DNA of 64,000 nt from Octopus sinensis (GCF_006345805.1 NC_043013.1:47864001-47928000); one strand, 5' to 3'. Shown: positions 1 through 12,856, counted from the first letter of the stretch. Notes: generated from the sequence alone by a model not told the origin. Numbers and translations: made by a program.

Positions 1-1806
1 GCACTGGGGTCGCTCCCACCAAAATGTCTTGCATTGTGCCTATATAAAATGGAATTATTAAAAACTGACTAACAAGTCCTCTTCCACTCCTTGAACGCTT
101 ACCAAATCCCAATTCCATATAAGATTTTGAAGCTCCATTACACCCAGCTAAAATGAGGTTGGTCTTTGACCATCCTTTTTTGTCTTCTTTTTTTAGCTTC
201 CCTTATTATCTTCGCTAGTAAAAAAAAAATTAAATTACTTCCCGAACGCGTTCACAAACTTAACTCTCTCCACTCTCTTCCGCATCTTCATCGTTTCCTT
301 CATCTTTTCTTCCATATTCTTCATTCTTTTTCTTCTCCTTGTCCATCTCTTTCTTTAATGTACATTTTTTCATACTAAAGCCATTTTTCATTTTGCTTAC
401 TGAACCCCAAACTTCTATTTTTAAATACCACAACTTATTCTTACTACATTGCTCCACTCCCATCGACACATTGAAAGACCCGGCTATATAAACGATATAA
501 GGAAATTACTTGGTGCTGTCAGACGACGCCAACTACCGGCGAATATTCAAAGTGTGTAAAATTATTAATAACATTTAAGGTCAATAAAATTATTGATTGA
601 AATTATTGAACACTAAGTGTCAATAAAATTATTAATAACATTTGACTCTACTCTTGCAGTGAGTCTTTTTTTTACGATTACTCTTCATAGATTTTAGAAT
701 TTTATATTCTATAATTATAAAGCCATCCATTAACTATACCTAGACAATAACAGTGACTTACGGAGTCCATTAATCTTCCGCACCCGACCCACTACAAGTA
801 GAATCTTGTTTGACACACAAAAAAATAAAATAAAATAACAGTCTTTTTCTTAATATTTTTTCTTATCTTTTATCGGACATGTCAGCAAATTCATTGAATT
901 CTCACTTAACTGTTTGTTGTCCCTTTCTTCCACTCTCTCTCTCTCTCTTTATCTCACTCTCATTCCCAGCTTGATGTCGACATCTTTCTTGAGAGGTCAA
1001 GCTTTATCATATTGAACATTTAGTGATATTTTATGAACATCTACAAAAAAAAAAGAGAGAGAAAAAAAGCATTTTCTTCACGCCGTAGACTTGACCAAAT
1101 AAAGGGCGGTCGCAAATTGCTTCAAGAAATATTCAACATTCTTTGTTGATAAACAACAGTGATGATTCGCCGCTGCTAATTGCAACAAATCTTTGCATCA
1201 GCAATAATAATGATATTTGTCAGCATTACAAATCAATGGTTACTATTTTCATTCGTATCGCATTCGCTGCCACAATAATTAGCCAAGACTTATTTGTTTT
1301 GAGCGTTATTTTTTGTTCCTTTTTTTCTTTTGTGAAGTGGTTTCACTCTTTGTTAACTGTCATTATAATGGCACACAGTTTCTGTTTTTATCACCAGTTA
1401 ACGACAAGGTAATTAGTCGGAAGCTATCATCCACATCATTTTCGTCATCTTTAACATCATCAACGTCTTCATCATGGGAGTGTTGTTATTGTTGTTGTTG
1501 CTGGTGTTATTATTATTTGTATGTCATTCCATTTTCCTCAATGGACACTAATTTTGGGGGTTATTGTAATCACCTTAGCCTGTGTCAAATATCAAATGTT
1601 CTAAAACATAATTTGTGAGTGTCATGAGCAGTTATTGAGGTTCCGTTAAAACATAATTTGTATGCACCACAAAAACGTTCTACGTCACATTTCTACTCTT
1701 CTATTTTTCTCTATGCCATCTAGTGCGATTATGAGATGTTGCTGGTGCTGGTGTGTTTGTATGTGTATGCTTGTGTTTGAATGAATGTGTGTTCGTGCTT
1801 AAATGA

Positions 1807-2045
1807 GTGCGTGTGTGTGTATGTGTGTGTGTGTGTGTGCGTGTGTGTGTGTGTGTGTGTGTCTGTGTGTGTGTGTGTCTCTGTGTGTGTGTCTCTGTGT
1901 GTGCGTGTCTGTGTATGTGTGTGTGCCTGTGTGTGTGTCTGTGTCTGTGTGTCTGTGTGTGTGTGTCTGTCTGTGTCTGTGTGTATGTGTGTATGTCTGT
2001 GTGTGTGTGTGCGTGTCTGTCTCTGTGTGTGTGTGTTTGTGTGTC
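1807..2045. repeat. Compound (GT)n/(GTCT)n microsatellite
   Basis: Direct reading; explains the overlapping CV/HT-repeat ORFs at 1701-2132. Confidence 0.95.
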
Positions 2046-3032
2046 CTGCTGCACGTTGCTATTATCGCTATTATCTTTGTCATGCAAATGGCGAAATTTA
2101 TAGGTAAACAAAATATTGAAATAAGTGTTTAGGTGTCATCAGCGCCAGAGTCACTTCACTTCGGATCAAACAGGCCAATGCAATTAGCTTGGTAATTGCT
2201 CTTCCTCGAAGGCATAGAGACTTGTCTTTGATAACAGCGCTCTAAGATTTTGCCAAGTAATATTACATTGTCCTCATTATGTTACATAGATATATCTGGA
2301 ACCGCCAACTATGATTTGGCAGCCAACTATTCTTATATCTGTTTAGCTGGCCAGATACTACTTATTATTGATGTTATTATTTCCCTTCTCTAAATAAGGT
2401 GGAAAATGGCCAATTCCTCCTTTCTTTTGCTCACATTCTAACTTGCCTATGATTTCGTGTATATAGGTGTATACTTACGTTTCTATAAGAATAAGTATAA
2501 ACATTAAAGTATGGTTACATATTTGAAATCGTTTACAACCGTATTTACATTTAATTGTGCATATGTGTATGCCTGGAAACTCAATTTTCACTCACAAAAA
2601 TAGAATAGATTGCTCGTAAGTCAAGGTCTCCTATTTCTGCAATGAATACTATAGAAATAGTACGCCCCGATTGGATCAATGTTCGTATGAAGTAAAGATA
2701 CGCAAGAGAATGATTGAGGCATTATATCATTATATTTGTTGTCTCATAATTGAGTGTTTATATCTCAACAAGATCAATTTAGCCTTATTTTCATTTAGAA
2801 TAAACTTTAAATTAGGAGAGTCATACAATAATAGCTAACGAAGAGGACATCTCCGAATTAACACCGACTACTTTTTGTTTACTCCATTACCTACGTGAAT
2901 ATGATACAGTTCGGAAAGAAACCAACGAAGGTCTACATTTATTTATATTCGTAAGTTATTGGTTTAATTGAAATGCGTTTGAAGTCCCTGCATTTTAAAT
3001 TCTTTAAGGAATTAAAACAAGATGATATATCT

Positions 3033-3236
3033 GTTTCTTTATTGCCCACAAGGGGCTAAACATAGAGGGGACAAACAAGGAGAGACAAACAGATTAAGAC
3101 AATAGTGTGTAACTGGTACTTAATTTATCGATCCCAAAAGGATGAAAGGCAAAGTAGAACTCAGAACGTAACGGCAGACGAAATACGGCTACGCATTTCG
3201 CCCGGCGTGCTATCGATTCTGCCAGCTCGCTGCCTT
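3033..3236 (-). mobile_element. tRNA-derived SINE, family A (octopus OR/OK-like), with 21-bp TSD
   Basis: Head aaggcagcgagctggcagaatcg, core gcctttcatcc...cgataaattaagtacc, tail ccccttgtgggcaataaagaaac. Identical ttaaaacaagatgatatatct at 3012-3032 and 3237-3257. Confidence 0.9.
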
Positions 3237-4175
3237 TTAAAACAAGATGATATATCTTGATGTCAAGTCACTTGATTATTCTTGTGAGAAAAGTATTAAT
3301 GCAAACAGAAACAGTACCCTTTTGCTATAAATATTTGTCGGCGGTTTTCGGGGAATTTGTGAGGAACAAAGTTGTTTGTTAAAGAGCCATTCTAATCATT
3401 ATAAAATATGAATTCTCCCATTCCACGCCAGCCCACGTAATGAGATAATGAAATATCGGTCCTTCCTAAAATTCTCTCTCCTTCTCTAGAGACACCATCA
3501 ATCAATTACATCACCATCAATTTTTCTAGTGAAGTGAGGCTAGTCACTAACATTGACTCACTCCATACCTAGCCCCTTAACATGTTGACCCGAAGGGAGG
3601 AAATGCAAGGTTGTTCAGAGGACTTGAACTCAAAACGTAGAAAACCGAAACAAATACATTTTGTTCGATACCATGTTATTTCTGCCAATCCAGTAGAAAA
3701 CAAATAAGTAATAGGTTAGTGAATTAGCTATATTCATCATCACTGCTCAAAAGCTTTCATTCTGTTGCTTAAATCAATTAAATAAACTAGATTCTCTTCT
3801 TTTTACTGGCTTTCGTTATTCAACAACAAACATGCTGGGACATCGTTTTAAAGGATTTTAGCTGTTTCATTTCGAAACTAGCGCTAATTGTTAAACGACT
3901 AGATAATGAAATATAACGGACCATAACGGGCCAGAACGTAAACAAGAGCAATAGTTTAGAACGGTGTAAACACAATCACCAGTAAAGGCACAAATGGGTG
4001 CAGCATAAGGATCATAAAGTACTTGTTCTTTGCTGAGTTGTCAACGGACTACGAAATATGTCAGGATAATAATCTCCATTTTGTTTTTCTGCGTAAAAAG
4101 TAACAATAGTTATTTACATTTGTTTAAAGTACAACGTCGAAAGTTAAGATTCTATCGTTTAATACTTCATATATA

Positions 4176-4699
4176 CATGGTGGCTGCGCCCTTGTTATCG
4201 AGTATGACCATTGCACGAAGCTTAATCAATGTTGTTATCGGGCAATGCCTGTGCAAGAAGATTCTTTTTAAAGTGAGGAAAGGCTGTGCACTGAGTCAAT
4301 CCCACTCACTAAGCAACGGCAGCCATAATCCGAAAAGAAGAATAAGTCAACATCATCGGTAACCACTGAGCCGCAGGTTTTATATCGGAGTTATCCCAGT
4401 TGCCTGAGTTACCTTCTTCTAGAGGGATGCCCTAACAAAGGCTAGGAGTCCTTCACTCCCAATGGTTTAACCGCGCGATCGGGTATTCAGTCCGATTATT
4501 TCTATGTCCCCGCGCATGATACAGCCTTAAGACATTTATTGGATGGCCGTTGACTCTCAAGAGTTCCTCCGCCCTTTGACGGGTTTTGTTTTTCATCCCG
4601 CAGGGTGTCCAATAAACACCCTCCTCACCAAACAAGTTTGGTGGGGTTGCCAGTTTAGTCGCTGACGACCCGACCATGCAACAGGTTGTACTAGGTTAC
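4176..4699 (-). mobile_element. Non-autonomous RTE-derived element (RTE 5' UTR-like part fused to RTE 3' end)
   Basis: High similarity to 27150-27670 in opposite orientation. Contains the RTE-type 5' motif acccgtcaaagggcggaggaac. Terminal ~45 nt shared with the RTE fragment at 6501-6955. Confidence 0.7.
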
Positions 4700-6500
4700 T
4701 TACATACATACATACATATATACATCATTCATTCGAAGCGACAGTCGCGTATTTGGCGTGGGAGACAATTTATCGAAAATATGATGAATTTTATCTCCAA
4801 CTTTGGAACCACAACTGGTTAATCTTCAGATGAATTAATTGAGGAAGCCTTTTATTCACGATCGTAGTGATTTAAGATTGAAACTTGAATTTAGCATGCA
4901 GAGAGTTGCTACAAACAACATGGCGGGACACAACATCAACAACAAAACAATCGAGGAACAGAACGAAAGCAACAGCTGTACGAGTAAACAAATTCTTTCT
5001 AGCTGTAGAAGAAAAGGTAACTACAAAATTCATTTCTATATGAGTTTGTCTAGATATGCAACTATATTCATGAGAATGCATACATAAAGCATACAAATCT
5101 GCACATACATACATACATACATATTTATGCATGCAAACAAAAATACTCCCCTGACGATGTTGAAATTCCAATGAAGGAGCCTTGGATCTTTCTCTATTGG
5201 CAAGAAATCTTGAAATAAACTGAATAATGATATACATATACTCGCATACATACATGTGGGTATATATATATATGCATGTAAGTATATGTATATATGTGTG
5301 TGTGTGTGTGTGTGCGTGTATACTATATATATGTATTATATATATACATTCAATACACAATAAATTATGCATATAAGTTATATATATTATACATTTATAG
5401 TTATATGATATAAACATATATACATATATATGTGTGTGTGTGTGTGTGTGTATGTGTGTGTGTGTGTATGTGTGTGTGTAAAGCAATATTTGTTGTTGAA
5501 AATGCACCTAAATTTGAAAAACTTGTAATTGTTTAAAATAAATTGATTTACATATATCCAAACTAGTTTCAACAATATTTTTTGCTTATCAATGGTAAAA
5601 ATTTAGAATTATGAATTAGAAAAACATCTTTAAAAGTTTCAATGCTGACAAATTAAAAATTTTCGTAACAGACAAATTTAGAATTATGAATTAGAAAAGC
5701 ATGTGCAAAAATTTCGATGTTGACAAGTTTAAATGTTCATAACAGTCAATAATATTAAAACTGTGCATCAATTGGAATGTACAAAGCTCATTGGTATTAG
5801 TAGCGATCGAGAAGAAATGAATATCATCAAAGCTTCAGTCATACTGAGTTAATAGGGGAAAAGAACAAGGGAGAAATGAAGATAGTGAAAAAAGGGATTT
5901 GATTTACAATTTCTCTTATCCTCTTTCTCTTGTAGGTGCATGTTTTAGAATCCGGTGTATTTATAATATTTTCCGCGAGCGGATCTGATTTTTGATTCGT
6001 TAAAGTGCTGGTGACGTCTTGTTTTTCCGGTGGTCAAGTTTGTCGTTTACATATACATATATATATACACATGCAGAAGGCAGATCCAATCCAACACTGG
6101 AACTGTAAAAAATCTGCAAAACTTTCAAAAAGTTTATCATTTATATATACGAGCATGTCTAGATATGCAACTATATGCATGAGAATGCATACATAAAACA
6201 AAATATACAAATCTGCATACATAAAACAAAATATACAAATCTGCATATATACAATCATTCATACATACATACATACATACAAACAAAAATACTATGCTGT
6301 TGATGTTAAAATTCCAATGAAAGAGCCTTGGATCTAGGTTAGAAACTGGCTCTTTCTCTATTGGCAAGAAATCTTGAAATAAAACTGAATAATGCCGAAT
6401 AATGCCGTACATGCATACATACATACATACATACATACATACATACATACATACATACATACATACATACATGCATGCATGCATGCATACATATATTATT

Positions 6501-6955
6501 ATGGCTGCCCCCTCGTTATCGAGTATGGCCATTGCACGAAGCTTAACTGTTACTGGTGCTGTGATCGAATGTGGCTTTTTAGCCCAGCCAAAGATCTACA
6601 ATGTCTTGTACAGAATTGGCAACTAAAACCTTTACCGGTAATAGCCAGCTGTAGTTGTAACTGGGCTTCATGTACCTTTGCATGTCGTTTAAGTCCTCCT
6701 GTCGAATTACACTGTCTTCCACATGCCTGACAGATATGGTTAGTATGGTGTGTTGCACCACCACCAGTGGCCAGGTTGTCACTCATCTGTCTCGTTTTAT
6801 GACTACGAAGATGACTCTTGAGTCCAGCTTTACTGAGGCAGGGTCTTGCACAGACACTGCATGTCAGCATCGTAGGAAGACCCTTCCCATCTGGAAGTGT
6901 AACAGCGATGCCCTTCCTGACATCCCTCCTTACTTTCTCATGTGCAACTCGAGAT
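6501..6955 (-). mobile_element. 3' end of an RTE-clade LINE encoding three C2H2 zinc fingers
   Basis: ORF 6550-6993(-) contains CSVCARPCLSKAGLKSHLRSH, CQACGRQCNSTGGLKRHAKVH and CQFCTRHCRSLAGLKSHIRSQH. Short 3' UTR; (TACA)n on both flanks. Confidence 0.7.
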
Positions 6956-7239
6956 ATACATACATACATACATAAATACAAACATGCATACATACATACG
7001 TGTGTGGGTGGGTGCGTGTGTGAGTGTGTATGAGTATATTTTCCATAAAATCTCCTTTCTAATCTTTATATCACTTTATCATTTACCCTCTTAACATTTA
7101 CTGAGCCTTCTCTATTATTCATTTAGTCTCACTGTACACCTTTCCCTCTTTCGCTTTCTTTAATCTGCATAGATCTATATATATGCAATCGAATATATAC
7201 ACACAAACACTAGAAGCGTGCGCGCGCATACTCATCATT

Positions 7240-7540
7240 GCAAACATTAACACACTTTCTCAAACACCCACATATACACACACAGACACAGACACGTATA
7301 TATATACACGCACACAACGATATATATATATATAACGGGAAGCTTTATGAAAATAAACAAAAGACGAAGGCAGGTGGAAAACAAACGAACAATTGTATTA
7401 GTATAGCGCTCAGGAAATATAAATAAAACAAGTCTTTAACGTTTCGAGCCTACGCTCTTCAACAGAAAGATACACAGAGAGAAAAAAAACACAGAAAGAA
7501 GGAGAGAAAAAAAATGCGTGCAGTAGCTAACGAATCAACA
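7240..7540 (-). mobile_element. Penelope-like pseudo-LTR fragment (same family as 21780-22380 and 62150-62700)
   Basis: Shares aaaagacgaag...aacaa...tgtattag...acgtttcgagcctacgctcttc with the pLTR downstream of the PLE ORF at 62790-64000. Confidence 0.7.
7433..7470 (-). ncRNA. Minimal type I hammerhead-like motif (CUGUUGA core variant)
   Basis: Minus strand: TCTTT CTGTTGA A GAGC gtag GCTC GAAAC GTT AAAGA. Helix I 5 bp, helix II 4 bp, palindromic AACGTT helix III. Confidence 0.55.
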
Positions 7541-7543
7541 TGG

Positions 7544-7546
<3 letters not shown>

Positions 7547-7638
<92 letters not shown>
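7547..7638. repeat. (TA)n microsatellite
   Basis: Direct reading. Confidence 0.95.
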
Positions 7639-7640
<2 letters not shown>

Positions 7641-8088
7641 GCGTGCGTATATATATGTGTGTGTGTGTGAGAGAGTACATTATGATAAATCCTTGTAATA
7701 TATGATAGTTGTTGTGTATCATCGTCCTAATACAATGACAAGAACATTTGCAGAAATGTGACTAGATTTCGCCCCTTTTTTTCCCTTTGTTTAACCAATA
7801 ACATCTATTGTTTATGCAATCTTTTCACCTAGAGAAAAATACATCTATCATTCCCTTTTTTCCCTCTTTCCATAATTTATCATTTATTTTTAACGTCAAA
7901 AGTATATGAGAATGACAGATAATTTAAAGTGAAGTAGAAAACTACTACGTATATTCATATTTCACCGTTTGAATATTTTAATTTCTCCATAAGCATATCA
8001 ATAAATTAGCGGTTCATACAGATTGGAGAGACGTTTCTTAATCTCGCTCACTCTCTCTTTATTCCTCTTCCGCTTTCTCTCCGCATTT

Positions 8089-8510
<422 letters not shown>

Positions 8511-8904
8511 TACAACCATCTCTCTATATTATATCTGTATGAGGAACAGTACTTGCTTTCTATATCTTACCATTTTTAAAGATTTTTTAAAAAGATTAAA
8601 TAAAGAGTAATATTTCGACTGTCATTATGTATGAATATCTTATTTTCCTTAATTTTACTTTCATCCCTTTTAACAATGTTGTGAGACACTGTAGCCCGTT
8701 GAAACTACTTCATGTCTTTACTAATCGCATTGAAAGAGAATGCAAGCGTTCTGAGTAGGGGCCTTCCTCTGAGACGAAAGTACTTTTGCTTTGAGGAAGT
8801 CACAAAGCTATTTCACTTTTTGGACTTTTCGGAACCTGTACACTACGTTTTCATTGTTCTTTCTTCCATCTAATGATTCTTTACATTACTATGACATAAT
8901 GATT

Positions 8905-9118
8905 TCCAAATGTTGGTGCAAGGCCAGCAATTTCCGAGAGAAGGGCTGAGTCGATTAGAGTGGCCCCTGGGTTCAACTATCATTTTTATTTTATCGACTG
9001 CGAAAGGATGAAAGGCAAAATCGACCTCGGCGGAACTTGAACTCAGAACGTAAACACGGACGAAGAGCCGCTAAGCATTTTACCCAGCGTTGTAACGATT
9101 CTACTAGCTTGCCGCCTT
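8905..9118 (-). mobile_element. tRNA-derived SINE, family A
   Basis: cgaaaggatgaaaggcaaaatcgacctcggcggaacttgaactcagaacg core plus head. Confidence 0.85.
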
Positions 9119-9753
9119 ATATTGATATGATATATTAGTAGATACAGAAATTCTTCGGGGAGATATATGTTCGAGAATAGAACCCATATATTTATTTATC
9201 TATTTATTTATTTATATATTTATTTTGACTGAAGGGGGATAAAAAGTACAGGTGATCCTGAACTAAGAACTTAGAGATACATTTGCATTACGTTGATTCA
9301 AAGCATGATTTCGCTCTGAGCATAACTTTTACCTTTTATTTCAGGAAAACTTACCGTTACACGTAGAGTTTAAAAATCAATCTTTTTTTTTTCTTTTGTT
9401 AATTTATTTCTTAACGATGCATCTGAAAGAGAACTAGTATATTGGCTCATATCGATCCAATACTTATTTTATCGATCATGAAAATATCAAGAAAATGGAT
9501 CCGGGAAAGATTTTAATTCGGATGTAATCAAATCCCACAGAGAATTTTCTCAAACGCTCTATCGATTCTTCCAATATATTGTCCACAAACTGCATTAATT
9601 ATAAATAATCTACGTAAATAACATATATACATATACACGCACATAGATATACACACATACGCATGCATGCATACACATGCATATACGCACACACGTGCGC
9701 ACATATACACGTATACATGCACACGTACACACATACGCGCGCGCACATACGTG

Positions 9754-9795
<42 letters not shown>

Positions 9796-10019
9796 CATAC
9801 ATACATACATACGCATATATATCTGCATACGAACGCATATGCATGCCCATATGTGTAGTATTAAACAATTAAAATAAGATTGGAGAGTTAAATTAATGGA
9901 GAGTCAAATAGGGTTGTTGGGGATTACCTAACTGGTGTTCGGGATATGTACTGTGTAGTAATTTAAGTTGCATTTAGATTTGTGGTAAAATTTGAAGGTA
10001 TGGAAAAAGCATATACCTA

Positions 10020-11110
10020 GGATCTCTTTATATTTATTTAGTATTATTGAAGAGTTGTAGTTTAGACCTTGGTATTGAAGCCCTGAATCTATTATGGGCC
10101 ATGACAAGATGTAGGGAATATTTCTATTTTTGAGATGATCTATGTGACTGGTGAGTGTTGTGAATTTACAGGGGTTTTTGTATCTAAAAGAATTGAGATA
10201 CGCAGCATATCCTTGTTTAAAAGTTATAGTTGATCCTATACATATGGTTGTAGAATTGTGTAACGTGTTGAGGACGGTACATTTATAAATTACATTAGAC
10301 CTTCTACAATGGGTTTGTAGTGGGAAGATGGTCTCAGGACGAATGCTGTATGGTAGTGCATTGTGGGGATTATTCTCAGGAATGGAGGGGTACTACTGTC
10401 AGAAGAGAGGTTAGAGACGGGGGTAGATTGGTCTATGTTGTTAATATTATTATTACTATTATCATTACTATTTCTATCGTTTTTGTTATTTATCCTATCT
10501 GTAATAGAGGTGGAAGTTGTGGTAGTAGCATTCTGGTTAGTGTTAGTGGGATTGATAGGGTTTCTGTTGTGGACTAAAGAATGGGTTTCGATATTGGAGC
10601 TATGTGTATGTTAGGCGCTCGTGTATTCAGAGTTGTTAAGTGTAAGTTTTGATAATAGAGAGAAGCTTTTCGTTTATTAGAGGCTTTTATGATACACTCA
10701 AAGCGGAGGAGTAGGATAGCTTTAAGGTAGATCTATTAAAAATAGAGTAATATTTATGTTGACGAGGGAAGTTGGTGTCCAGTATATTGAAAAAGGATTT
10801 AGCTAAGTTCCTAACGTTTAATGAGAAGGTGGGTGTATACCATAGAATAGAGTGTCCACCGCTTTTTTGGTTGCATAAGGGTCCTGTTATCTATATTTTT
10901 AGAAATAAGTGGGGCGTTATATGGTCCGTTTATGTTAGCTGTTTTAGCTTTTGACCTAGTGTTATATGTGTGCGTGTGGGGTCTAAGTTGTCTTAGTCTG
11001 GGTTATCTTGGTGTTCTAGTATAGTGTATGTGTGGTCTGTTGTAATTCTGGTGGTTCGCATGTCATTGTGATGTGATCTGAGATATGTGTTGCTTGAGCC
11101 TAGTATTAGG
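10020..11110 (-). mobile_element. Decayed Penelope-like element (Naiad/Chlamys-like), thumb/linker to GIY-YIG
   Basis: Manual minus-strand translation: LWYTPTFSLNVRNLAKSFFNILDTNFPRQHKYYSIFNRSTLKLSYS (~10690-10830) and SNVIYKCTV...TICIGSTITFKQGYAAYLNSFRY...LTSHIDHLK...SWPII (~10090-10300). Confidence 0.7.
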
Positions 11111-11187
11111 GATGTATGTCAATTGTTGAGATAAGCCGCTGGTAGCGAGCGCTTGGTTGTAATATGGGGCGTACATACATACATACA

Positions 11188-11220
<33 letters not shown>

Positions 11221-11285
11221 GTATATATACATATATGTATATATATATCGTTTTAAATTTGTGTGAATGTGTATAGAATAATATA

Positions 11286-11782
11286 CTAGTTGAATAAAGT
11301 TAAAACATAGTCTGGTTTTCACGGTTTTTATTATGGTATTTTTAACAAAAACAGCGCTTTCATTACATAGTGTACTCGTCAGATTTCAAATGTGTTTAAC
11401 TGACGTTGAGTTTTTGACAACTTTAGTACCTTTAGTACCAGGTGAAGTTTTAGAATATCTTTTTTTCATCAGTCCGCATGCTCTTAAACATCACGGTTTG
11501 CCAGGCGTACCGATATATTGTAATTTGTTTATATTTATATATTAGAAATATTTTTTAATCTACATACTTAACTGGTTATTTCCGTTCGGAACAGGTTTGA
11601 ACATTTTAATAAACCGTGTTTCTTTTATATTTCTTCCAACCTCACTGGCTGTCAAGAACTCAACTGCAGCAAAAATACATTTAAAATCTGATGAATACAC
11701 TATGTATGGAAGCGCTAATTTTGTTAAAATACCACAACAAAAACCGTGAAAATCAGACCATGTTTAAACTTTATTCAGCTGA
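11286..11782. mobile_element. TA-flanked MITE with ~125-bp imperfect TIRs (Tc1/mariner-like)
   Basis: 11286-11415 (ctagttgaataaagttaaaacatagtctggttttcacgg...) matches the reverse complement of ~11650-11782; TA on both sides. Confidence 0.7.
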
Positions 11783-11934
11783 TATATATATATATATAAA
11801 TACAGTGTACATTTAAACACATAAGAGATGACCATAATAGGACATCTGACTCACTAGAAAGAGCAGTTAAACTCCAAACCACTAATAGTTGAAATTCTGA
11901 AAGGGAATGAGAAGTAAAAACGTTTACCCTATCT

Positions 11935-12022
11935 TTCCTGAACTATGCATAGTTTCGGCAATCTTTTGTAAATAAATAGAATGATTTTAATTTACAATTG
12001 GCGTTGTCATCTTCAGCAGGAA
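11935..12022 (-). ncRNA. Type I hammerhead ribozyme-like motif
   Basis: Minus strand: TTCCTG CTGAAGA T GACAA...TTGCC GAAAC TATGCATA GTT CAGGAA. 6-bp helix I, intact core, palindromic helix III, GUU triplet. Confidence 0.6.
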
Positions 12023-12155
12023 GCCAAGGCTTACAAATAGGCACGAGGCGATACAGACCATGCCTCGTGTTTATATGTTATAACTTTTCAAAATCCACCA
12101 CGCACGCGCGGTTTTTTCGGCAGTAAATACAAGTGCCGATATATATATATATGTA

Positions 12156-12530
12156 CGAGTTGCGTTCAAAAGTATCCAAGTTTATTTTCATCCAGCCGAA
12201 AACAATACTGAATCCTTTGGGTAAGAGCAGACACTACCCTTCTTGCGCTTGCGTAGAAATTCTCGCGCCAGTACCCTGCATCAGTTCACTACTGCTACGT
12301 CTAGAGTACAGATGTGCAGTGCATTCTCGTCGGATTTTCGTTGTCACCGAATGTAAGATCAGTAGATTCCATTTTAACAGAGGATTTGTGCATGCGGAGC
12401 ATGTCGGCGAAATTCGTCTCCAAGGTGCTGGAGAAGCAGCAAAAGCAATTCCGCTTGGAAATCGCTCTGGACATGCCGAAACTCTGCAAACCACTACCCA
12501 AATTTCATGAAGACGAAGTTCCTGTAATTT
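12156..12530 (+). mobile_element. Mariner-like transposon fragment (left end plus transposase piece)
   Basis: ta|cgagttgcgttcaaaagtatcc TIR-like start; MRSMSAKFVSKVLEKQQKQFRLEIALDM resembles the mariner MRRVSAKFVPK motif. Confidence 0.75.
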
Positions 12531-12557
12531 CAGTTTCTCTTCCTGAAATTTTTAATG

Positions 12558-12736
12558 TCTCTCACAGGAGAGGAAGGAAGAAGACGACGACCTATATCAA
12601 CAACTTGCTGGAGGATACTGGTATGGAAGGGGCACAGGAGCTAAGGACCACTATGGAAGACTGAGATAAATGGGAGAAACGTGTGGAAACAGTCTTGGAG
12701 CGTCTTCATAGATAGATAGATAGATAGATAGATAGA
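12558..12736 (+). mobile_element. RTE/RTE-X LINE 3' end with (GATA)n tail
   Basis: HRRGRKKTTTYINNLLEDTGMEGAQELRTTMED*DKWEKRV followed by gata repeats. Confidence 0.65.
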
Positions 12737-12856
12737 CTATGTCTCATGAAAGCAGAAGGGTAGCGAAGAGAAAGAAGAAATATTCATGCCTTGAGTCTTT
12801 TACAACCAGTTCGAGAGGTCGGCAATGTATCGACTCGATGATAAATAAATAAATAA

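Noticed and set aside
515-552. Hammerhead-like CAGACGA-CGCC..GGC-GAATATT
   Set aside because: Two core changes and no helix I; too degenerate to support.
6550-6993. Host C2H2 zinc-finger gene exon
   Set aside because: No TGEKP linkers, no splice signals, microsatellite flanks, and the 3' end is shared with dispersed retroelements; better explained as an RTE terminus.
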